A stretch of DNA of 64,000 nt from IMG/VR virus record IMGVR_UViG_3300037808_002146; one strand, 5' to 3'. A program made the position numbers and the translations under genes. The stretch comes from a virus. Lineage: Duplodnaviria; Caudoviricetes. Every line of letters begins with the position of its first letter. The first letter of the stretch is position 1. The notes beneath the pieces are model-generated. The model saw only the letters and a list, made by a program, of their open reading frames with translations. It did no database searches and had not been told where the DNA came from. Positions 7,543 to 14,901 of the stretch are shown one piece after another.

Positions 7543-10500
7543 AATTGAGTTGAAAAGCCAAAATCAGACTTATCAAGTTCGGCAACACAAAGTGAGTAAG
7601 GATTCAAAATAGAATCTTCTTTCGTACCCCAACAGAATACCCTATTTTTTTCCCCATTAGATCCTATAGCATCTAAAAGAAAGTAAGGCTTATTGTTTTT
7701 AGTTTTCTTTTTATTAACCTTAGTAGCTACTAGCCAATAAAGATTTTTTTGATTCCACTCTTCTATAGGGAGGATAGATAACTCTTCAAACCTGCTAGAT
7801 AACTTTTCAGGAATTAAATTACCAACATTTATAGTTCCAAGTAAAGATTCTTCAAACTCCATATTTTCTTTAATGCTCCAGTCTTCACTCGGGTAATTTA
7901 GAGAAACTTCGTTCAAATTGTCTCTTCCTTGAAAAGGATTCTTTTTAGTGCTCTTTCTTAATGCTGGCCAATTTTCGCTAACACATTCGTAGAATTGCTT
8001 GTAAGATTCAAAATAACCTTGCCAATCTAGGGAATCCAGTGCTCTAATCTTCAGGAGAGATTCGAGAGTCTTTTTATTTAATTTTGAGTGTTTCCACTTG
8101 CCATCTTCATTCCAGAGCAGATCATCAATATTTTCATAAGGTCGGTTGTTAAGTATCTCTTCAATAGCTGCCTCGCCTATGCCTTTACAGGAAAAGAAAG
8201 ATGGCATCAAAACCTTATCGTCGACTGGTGTCCAATTTTTTCCAGCTTTATTAAGGTCAATATTTGTTGTCGTGTATCCCAACTTTTTAACTTCACTCAA
8301 TGCTTTGGAAAGCTTGTTTGGATTAGACGAAACTGCTTCGAGGTAAGCGGTTATCCATTCAGCCTCGTAGTAAGTCATTAGCCAAGCGCAATAGTACGAA
8401 TTTATAGCATAAGAAACAGCATGTGACTTATTGAAACCGTAGCCAGCAAAATACAAAATCTTCTCGTAGAGATCTTCGGCGACGTGCTTTTGAACTCCAT
8501 TAGAAATAGATCCGGCAAGGAACTTATCTTTAAGATCTCGAGCTTTTTCGATATTTTCATTTCCAGAACCAACAGGCTTCATCATCTTACGCATTGCGTT
8601 ACATTCGTCTTTCGGGATACCCGCGACGACATGACATAAGTTCATGACTTGCTCTTGAAAGATTATACAACCATAAGTTTCTTTCAAACATTCTTCAATA
8701 AGCGGATGGCCATAAACTACACTTTCTGGATTCTTTTTTGCTCCAATATAAAGTTTATCTACCTTAGCACTCAGCGGGCCAGGACGGTATATAGACGTCA
8801 GAGTTGCGATATCTATTATTGATTCTGGTTTAGCACGCTTAAAGAGGGCTTGAGCGCCCCTCTGCGTGCACTGGAATATAGCAGCCCACTTTCCAGAATG
8901 ATAGACATTTTTATAAACTTTTTGATCGTTAAAATCAATTTCTTTAGTTGACATATTGACATCGAACCATTTTTTCACTTGTTGAAAATCTGGATTTTCA
9001 ATACCCTCTTTCTTAAGAACCAGTCTAATAGTTTGCTCAATTATTCTCAAAGTTTCTAATCCAAGCAAATCAAACTTAATCCACCCAAACTCTTCTAAAT
9101 GCTTATAGTTCATACCTTCAACCCACGGAGTTTGAACTTCTCCACGAGCTAAAATTACAGGCATCCTCTCGGCAATTCTTTCTGAAATTATAACACCACC
9201 AGCGTGGCGACCGAGAGCTTTGTTTTGCTTGAATAAAACCTTTAGAGGATCAAGTATTTCTGGATACTTTTCTAAATAGTTCTTCAAAGATTCTGAGTAC
9301 TTTAAAGCTTCATCAATATGAATATCGAAAGAATCTTCTGATTCTGCATCGTTCTTCCGTCCTCTCTTTACATCTACTTCCAATGGAGCTAAAGCTTTGT
9401 TTGCTTCTTCGAATGGGACTCTATAAAACCTCGAAACGTCCTTAATCAATGACTTCAACTTAAAGGTGTTATAATTCGAAATTGGTACAACATTTGATTC
9501 TCCAAAGTTATCCCTTAATAAAGATATTAACTCGTCACGGTCTCCTACATCAGAATCGATGTCTGGCATTTCGTTTCTCTCTGGAGATAAAAATCTTTCA
9601 AAAAGCAAACCGTTAGAAACTGGATCAACATCCGTGATTCCTAAAGCGTAATTCACCAAACTACCCGCGCCAGAGCCTCTGCCCGGGCCGATGAGCATTT
9701 TTTCTCGCGCAATATCGAGGATAGCTTTCATCGTTAGAAAATATTCGGAAAAATTCTTGCTTTTTATAACCACGAACTCTTCTCTCAATCTCTCAATATA
9801 GATAGGGTTTTCATGTAGACCTCGATCTATCAAGCCTTTCTTACAAAAATCTAAAAGAGCTTGAGTTGCTGTTTTTCCTTTAGGGATTACATAAGATGGT
9901 AATTTCATGCTTCGATCTGGGTTGATGTCTCCAATCTCGTCGTGGACTATGTTGTATGGACGTTCAATAGCTTCGCAAATTATTTGATCGTCGTAAAAAT
10001 CCATGTCAGAAGTTGTACTTAAGTAAGAATCCCACACTTGCTCTGCGTTTTTTGGATAAAGTTCGCAAGAAAGATCGCTTTGAGATTTAGGTAAAGAGTC
10101 TGGATCAAAGTCTCTGAAGTTAAGCCAGCCAAGCTTTTTGTATATTTCTCTTTCCCTCCAGTGTTCCGGGCGAGCGTAATGTGAATCTGTCGTAACTACC
10201 AACTTGTCTGTTAAACCTTGAGATTTTGCAAATTCAATTATAGATCTATTGACCAAGTGCTGAGCCGGAAGCTTGTTAAACTGTAACTCTAACATTACGT
10301 CGTCTATTCCGACGGAATCTACCAAGCCTTGATATGCATTTCCTACGCCATTCATAACTTTGCTTCGAAAAGAGTTATCATCTAAGAGTGTATGACTAAG
10401 ATCGTTAAACTCTACTTGTTGGGCATGCCTAAAAACTTCATAAGCGATTGGGCCGCCTATACATGCAGTAGAAACCATCAAATGACCTCCTTCGGCGGCT

Positions 10501-11096
10501 TCTTTTAACATCTTATAGTCAATCCTAGGAAATCTATAGAAACCTTCTAGGTAACCTTTAGAGACTAAGTTAAAAAGCCTAGACAAGCCTTCTGATGTTT
10601 TTGGAAGGACAACCAAGTGGTGACGCCTCTTGACAGGATCATAAAACTTTGCTGATTTTGATTCTTCCTCGTTTTCAATAGTCAAACTTCCTTCGTCCGT
10701 AGAGAGTTCTACCGTTTCATCGTCTCCATCTACTTTGGCGAACAGTGGAGTTCTAATTCTCTCTCTTTGTTCTCTAAGCTTTAGAATAGACTCTTTGTCG
10801 CCTTTCTTTGCAGCTTTAGCTAATTCATAATCCAGATTCCAAATATCTAGATTTGGGTGAACATACATTTCACATCCGGGGACAAACTTAAAATTACCTC
10901 CACGCTTTTTAATTTTCTCTGCATGCAAGAAAGCGTGAGCAAAACTGTTCATGTGACCATGATTAGTGAGACACCAGCTATCCATCCCGTTTTCTAAAAC
11001 AAAATCTATGTGTTCTTGTGGATATCCCAAGCCATCGAAGGTTGAAAAACCATCATGTGCATGGAGGGAGGTAAACTTTTTTGGAACAATTTTCAT
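7515..11096 (-). CDS. dnaE: DNA polymerase III alpha subunit (family C, DnaE-like)
   Basis: PHP domain (LHAH, TNHG, GCEMY, HHL, STAC, TDSHY), GPGRGSGAGS, catalytic PDIDSD and KFDLLGL, YGFNKSHA, HhH and OB fold. The protein ends after the OB fold. Confidence 0.96.
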   Translation of the reverse strand: MKIVPKKFTSLHAHDGFSTFDGLGYPQEHIDFVLENGMDSWCLTNHGHMNSFAHAFLHAEKIKKRGGNFKFVPGCEMYVHPNLDIWNLDYELAKAAKKGDKESILKLREQRERIRTPLFAKVDGDDETVELSTDEGSLTIENEEESKSAKFYDPVKRRHHLVVLPKTSEGLSRLFNLVSKGYLEGFYRFPRIDYKMLKEAAEGGHLMVSTACIGGPIAYEVFRHAQQVEFNDLSHTLLDDNSFRSKVMNGVGNAYQGLVDSVGIDDVMLELQFNKLPAQHLVNRSIIEFAKSQGLTDKLVVTTDSHYARPEHWREREIYKKLGWLNFRDFDPDSLPKSQSDLSCELYPKNAEQVWDSYLSTTSDMDFYDDQIICEAIERPYNIVHDEIGDINPDRSMKLPSYVIPKGKTATQALLDFCKKGLIDRGLHENPIYIERLREEFVVIKSKNFSEYFLTMKAILDIAREKMLIGPGRGSGAGSLVNYALGITDVDPVSNGLLFERFLSPERNEMPDIDSDVGDRDELISLLRDNFGESNVVPISNYNTFKLKSLIKDVSRFYRVPFEEANKALAPLEVDVKRGRKNDAESEDSFDIHIDEALKYSESLKNYLEKYPEILDPLKVLFKQNKALGRHAGGVIISERIAERMPVILARGEVQTPWVEGMNYKHLEEFGWIKFDLLGLETLRIIEQTIRLVLKKEGIENPDFQQVKKWFDVNMSTKEIDFNDQKVYKNVYHSGKWAAIFQCTQRGAQALFKRAKPESIIDIATLTSIYRPGPLSAKVDKLYIGAKKNPESVVYGHPLIEECLKETYGCIIFQEQVMNLCHVVAGIPKDECNAMRKMMKPVGSGNENIEKARDLKDKFLAGSISNGVQKHVAEDLYEKILYFAGYGFNKSHAVSYAINSYYCAWLMTYYEAEWITAYLEAVSSNPNKLSKALSEVKKLGYTTTNIDLNKAGKNWTPVDDKVLMPSFFSCKGIGEAAIEEILNNRPYENIDDLLWNEDGKWKHSKLNKKTLESLLKIRALDSLDWQGYFESYKQFYECVSENWPALRKSTKKNPFQGRDNLNEVSLNYPSEDWSIKENMEFEESLLGTINVGNLIPEKLSSRFEELSILPIEEWNQKNLYWLVATKVNKKKTKNNKPYFLLDAIGSNGEKNRVFCWGTKEDSILNPYSLCVAELDKSDFGFSTQFRKIKIFEV

Positions 11097-11145
11097 CTAA
11101 TTTTCCTATCGAAGAATGAGTTTTAAGAACGATTTATTCTAATTG

Positions 11146-11174
11146 ATTATAATAGGAATTAGGGATTTATTCAG
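11146..11174 (-). promoter_or_regulatory. sigma70-like promoter CTGAAT-N17-TATAAT upstream of dnaE
   Basis: Exact -10 with a 17-nt spacer, 50 nt before the dnaE start. Confidence 0.55.
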
Positions 11175-11859
11175 CTTTTATTTTTACTAAAATATCGCCT
11201 AAAACTTCATGAGATTCTAAACTTATCCCGTAATGGGGAAGCACAGATAAGAGAATTTTTTTTCTTAGCGGAAGGTCGTCGTAAGCTTCACACCAAATCC
11301 ATGGCAAAGATTCAGTAACTTTTTTCAAATCGCCTTTAATAGATTCTTGTCTCTTTAAGTTATATCCAAGTTCTACTTTCGGATCTATATCGTTTTCTAT
11401 AGAGAGGATTTGACAAATTTCTAAAAGAAGATCGTAATTTTCCTCAGTAATCGCTGAGTTGGCTTGAGAGTATAACTCTTGCATTTCCTGCGCGTTTTCT
11501 TGATCTTTAAGTTTGTCAGGATGAGTTTTTAGAGCAATTTTTCGAAAAGCTTTCTTAACCCAGCTAGGAGCTGTGTTTTTTACTTCGAGCTCCTCTCTAT
11601 CCTCTCTAGACTGGTTGGTGCTTTGTTGCTCGAAATTTTCGGTATTAACAAAATTAGTGTTATCTTTTTTATCTTCCGTTTTTCTTTCGCTGGAAAGCTC
11701 TTTTAGAATAAAGTTAATATCTTCGCTCCATTCTATCGAATATTCTCGTAATGCTTCTTCGCACTCGAACAAGTAAGAAGATAGCATTGACAACTCGGCT
11801 TTAGCTTTCCTAAGCTCTCTTGAATTTTTTATTTTGTTTAATTTTTTGTTTTGTTTCAC
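11167..11859 (-). CDS. DnaJ-domain protein with N-terminal coiled coil
   Basis: VKKAFRKIALKTHPDK (helix II plus HPD), followed by helix III ELYSQANSA. GTG start. Confidence 0.85.
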   Translation of the reverse strand: MKQNKKLNKIKNSRELRKAKAELSMLSSYLFECEEALREYSIEWSEDINFILKELSSERKTEDKKDNTNFVNTENFEQQSTNQSREDREELEVKNTAPSWVKKAFRKIALKTHPDKLKDQENAQEMQELYSQANSAITEENYDLLLEICQILSIENDIDPKVELGYNLKRQESIKGDLKKVTESLPWIWCEAYDDLPLRKKILLSVLPHYGISLESHEVLGDILVKIKAE

Positions 11860-11880
11860 AAAATTAACTATGACAAAAAG

Positions 11881-12120
11881 TTATTCTTGAACTTCTTCAG
11901 AGCTTCTTATTTCATCAACTTGGCTTAAGAGTTTTTCTATATTAGAGTCTAGGTTATTTTGAAAATTTTCATGAACCTCTAGAACTCCATCCTGAGCTTC
12001 TGATAATCTTATCATTCTTAAATTGTCGACAATATCCGTCCCTGTTATAATCGCGATTTGTAAAACTTTAGCAATGTTCGCAATAACTTCATCATTAAAT
12101 CTTAATTCTTTTTTCTTCAT
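11881..12120 (-). CDS. hypothetical protein (79 aa)
   Basis: Fills the gap between flanking genes on the coding strand, with upstream GGTG. Confidence 0.75.
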   Translation of the reverse strand: MKKKELRFNDEVIANIAKVLQIAIITGTDIVDNLRMIRLSEAQDGVLEVHENFQNNLDSNIEKLLSQVDEIRSSEEVQE

Positions 12121-12123
12121 AAA

Positions 12124-12930
12124 TCACCTTTGAATTTCTGGTACCCAGTGTGTTGTTCTCCCATCGGGAGTTTTATCTTTAATAACTTCATTCCCGTCTG
12201 GATCTTGCTTTTGGTTATACACTAAAAATCTAGAACTGAAATTTCCTACTTCTCCATAAAAATCTTTGTAAGATTTTATTGTAGCTCCGCCTGTTTTGAA
12301 AGATTCTCTCATTACCGACTTTATAGTCTTGTTAAGAATCTGTAAATTTGTATCTGAAATGTCTCTTACTTTTCGAAAGGGGCTAATCCTAGCTAGATAA
12401 AGAGATTCTGATTTAATATAGTTTCCAACGCCAGCAATTACCGATTGATCCATTAAAGCTTTAGTAATGTTTTGTTCTTCTTTTTTTCTTAATGATAGAA
12501 CAAAATCATCGTTGCTAACATCTTCCGATAGCATGTCTGGCCCGAAAGAAGATAGCTTAGCGGATAATTGCTTTGGATCCTGAGAGAGTTTAATAGTTCC
12601 AAAATTTCTCATATCGTTAAAATAGACGCGTTTCCCAGTATCGAAAGTGAAAGACAGCCTTGTATGTTTAGATTCTTTACTCTGCCAAGCCCCCGACATA
12701 CCTAAAGTTGACCACATGCTACTTTTATCTTCAAAAATTACATATATAAATTTTCCATGAACGCCTACGCCTTTTACTTTAGAAGGCAATTTTTCCTTAA
12801 AACTATTTAGATTAGGTAGTTCTTTTTTCAAATACCTTCCTGAAACTACTTCAACCGCAGTTAAAGTTTCCCCACCAATATAGTCTCCTAAAAAAAGGGC
12901 GTACCTCCTGCATTCGGGTCCTTCAGGCAT
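12124..12930 (-). CDS. Fpg/Nei-family DNA glycosylase/AP lyase with zincless finger
   Basis: N-terminal PEGPE, HGK, H2TH motif LMDQSVIAGVGNYIKSESLY. The C-terminus has no Cys4 finger but keeps the conserved Arg (GRTTHWVPEIQ). Confidence 0.92.
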   Translation of the reverse strand: MPEGPECRRYALFLGDYIGGETLTAVEVVSGRYLKKELPNLNSFKEKLPSKVKGVGVHGKFIYVIFEDKSSMWSTLGMSGAWQSKESKHTRLSFTFDTGKRVYFNDMRNFGTIKLSQDPKQLSAKLSSFGPDMLSEDVSNDDFVLSLRKKEEQNITKALMDQSVIAGVGNYIKSESLYLARISPFRKVRDISDTNLQILNKTIKSVMRESFKTGGATIKSYKDFYGEVGNFSSRFLVYNQKQDPDGNEVIKDKTPDGRTTHWVPEIQR

Positions 12931-12970
12931 TATTAATCCTCTCCATAATCATCTACGTAATTATGAATAA

Positions 12971-12998
12971 ATTATAATAATTTTTTGGAAATTTTCAA
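12971..12998 (-). promoter_or_regulatory. sigma70-like promoter TTGAAA-N16-TATAAT upstream of the Nei gene
   Basis: Near-consensus -35 and -10, followed by a strong RBS (GGAGAGG). Confidence 0.65.
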
Positions 12999-13002
12999 AT
13001 TT

Positions 13003-13323
13003 TTATGTGATAAATTTTATTGCCCAAGCGAAAAGTGCCATAGCAACCTGAGCAACAGCAAAAACTGTCACTGCTTTTGTTTTAAAAACCTTGAGGGTCT
13101 CTACTTCACCAACTAAAGTTTGGAGTTGCGTGGGGGAAACAACTTCATCAACTTTTTCTTTCCATTGGCGTAGTTCTGTTACTCTATCTTCCCTGTCCCT
13201 TAAGAGCGCAATCTCTTGCTTTAAATTTTGCATTTCGTCTCTTAATGACTCAATCCCGGTAGATAAAGTTTCCAGTTCTTTTAGTACTAGTCTTGAATAT
13301 TCTGCCCATCCATTTTCAGCCAT
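13003..13323 (-). CDS. coiled-coil protein with one C-terminal transmembrane helix (holin-like architecture)
   Basis: Heptad-rich N-terminal part, hydrophobic C-terminus AVTVFAVAQVAMALFAWAIKFIT. Confidence 0.6.
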   Translation of the reverse strand: MAENGWAEYSRLVLKELETLSTGIESLRDEMQNLKQEIALLRDREDRVTELRQWKEKVDEVVSPTQLQTLVGEVETLKVFKTKAVTVFAVAQVAMALFAWAIKFIT

Positions 13324-13540
13324 TGATTTCAGCCTCGCCGCTTATAGTCTCTTTTATAGAAGCTTGTATTTTTCTTAGTTCTTGGATAATGTCATCATTC
13401 TCTTTGCAACTAGATTTATACTTGCTTAAGCACTCATCGAAACGTAACCACAAGGAAACCAAGGTAGAGCTTACTTTTTTACCTCTAGCTCGAGAAGCTA
13501 ATTTTAGCCGAAGTTCTTCAAGATGTTCGTATTTCCTCAT
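13316..13540 (-). CDS. hypothetical protein (74 aa)
   Basis: Coupled to the downstream gene; ATAGTTA motif 5 nt before the ATG. Confidence 0.65.
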   Translation of the reverse strand: MRKYEHLEELRLKLASRARGKKVSSTLVSLWLRFDECLSKYKSSCKENDDIIQELRKIQASIKETISGEAEING

Positions 13541-13548
13541 GGAATTAA

Positions 13549-14286
13549 CTATGGAGAAATTTGAGATACGACACTTATAATTTGCTGGAGTATCGAAGAA
13601 TTTGATCCTAGATTTTCAACTTCTACTTTATCTTCAAAGAGGGATAGGTTTTTTAATTTAGATAGTTTCTTTTTTTCGCTAACTTTTAATTTTTTTAAAA
13701 GCTTTATAGAAAATTTTAATAAATTAGAGCTTCTTTTAGTAATAGGAACTATCGAGCAATGGGCCGAAATGAAAAAATTTAAACAAAAAAACCTTGTGAA
13801 CTCGATGTCTGATATTAAATCTAAAAAGCTATCGCTCTCAATACCTAACAAAATCGTGTTCGAATCTTTTATTTCGAATTTTCGTATAGATATTCCCAAA
13901 CTTAAGAGTTGATCGCACAAAGACTTTATTGAAGAATTTAGTCTAGCGTTAATATTAACTGCGCCTATATTTTCGTATTCAGTTAACTTACTTTCTTCTT
14001 TCAAAATATATCTTAAGGGAATAGTTCCGCTGGCTTCGCTCGTAGTAGAGGCTAAATTTTCGCTTAAGGATTTAACTGACTTTGAATTTGGAGAACAGTA
14101 ACAAACGAGGCCATTAACAGGATCGTTATAAACTTTGAAAGGAAAAGATTCATGATTTTCTTCAAAACTTGGATTTTCTATAATATAAGTGAATTCTCCA
14201 TTCTCTTCTTTTCGTTCTAACCTTTGAGTATAAGTCCTATAGACTGCAGAATCATTTAATAGATTTTCAAAGTAAGTAACCCACAT
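13549..14286 (-). CDS. hypothetical protein (245 aa)
   Basis: Long ORF on the coding strand, TAATG-coupled to clpP. No motif recognised. Confidence 0.75.
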   Translation of the reverse strand: MWVTYFENLLNDSAVYRTYTQRLERKEENGEFTYIIENPSFEENHESFPFKVYNDPVNGLVCYCSPNSKSVKSLSENLASTTSEASGTIPLRYILKEESKLTEYENIGAVNINARLNSSIKSLCDQLLSLGISIRKFEIKDSNTILLGIESDSFLDLISDIEFTRFFCLNFFISAHCSIVPITKRSSNLLKFSIKLLKKLKVSEKKKLSKLKNLSLFEDKVEVENLGSNSSILQQIISVVSQISP

Positions 14287-14888
14287 TATTCAAGCTCTAT
14301 CTCGATATTTACGTCTACTGTAATCTTCGGTACTCTTAACTGATTAGCTAATCCGTGCTTCTTAGCTTCATCTGCATCTAGAAACCAATCTGCATGCTTT
14401 TTCTTATCGACTAACTTCATGAAGTAGTCATCCTTTTTGCCGCAATTTCTCGCCATCATTGTGTAGATAGTCGTATTGAGTCGATCAGCTTCTTTTGCAC
14501 CAGCTTTGAGTTCCTCAACCTTACCGAAGTCCATGCTAGCAACATCATGAATCATAACCGTTGCATTTGGGTCCATAAATCTTAAACCCTCTTCCCCAAA
14601 AGAGAATAGAATTGCCCCACAAGACATTGCTTTCCCTTCGACAATTGTCGCAATCGGCAACTCTGAATGCTTTATCGCAGATATCATCGCCATTAAGCTA
14701 TAAACTTGACCCCCATATGAGTCGATCACAACTGGTATTACTTTTTGACCAGTGTTATGAGCTCTTGCAATTTCTTGATCAAATTTCTTAGCAGCTTCTT
14801 CGTCGAATTTGTTAACTCTTACGATAACAGGATTGTGACGCATCTCTACTTCTTTTATCAGGGGCGATATTTTTGTTGTCCACTTCAA
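14286..14888 (-). CDS. clpP: ClpP-like serine protease, peptidase S14 (start revised to TTG 14888)
   Basis: IDSYGGQVY, catalytic Ser in KAMSCGA, His in VMIHD, Asp in ADWFLDADEA. AAGGAGA RBS before the TTG. Confidence 0.85.
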   Translation of the reverse strand: MKWTTKISPLIKEVEMRHNPVIVRVNKFDEEAAKKFDQEIARAHNTGQKVIPVVIDSYGGQVYSLMAMISAIKHSELPIATIVEGKAMSCGAILFSFGEEGLRFMDPNATVMIHDVASMDFGKVEELKAGAKEADRLNTTIYTMMARNCGKKDDYFMKLVDKKKHADWFLDADEAKKHGLANQLRVPKITVDVNIEIELE

Positions 14889-14901
14889 TTTTCTTTTCTC
14901 C

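Noticed and set aside
10620-10859. Possible mini-intein in dnaE
   Set aside because: The insert has no N-terminal Cys/Ser block and no His-Asn followed by Cys/Ser/Thr, and it is too short. No inteins or introns were seen in terminase, RNR, helicase or RecA either.
1-12930. Giant eukaryotic virus origin suggested by the Mimivirus-like Nei, DHH and J-domain genes
   Set aside because: T4-like head and tail genes, DnaE, Shine-Dalgarno sites, sigma70-type promoters and overlapping operons indicate a bacteriophage.
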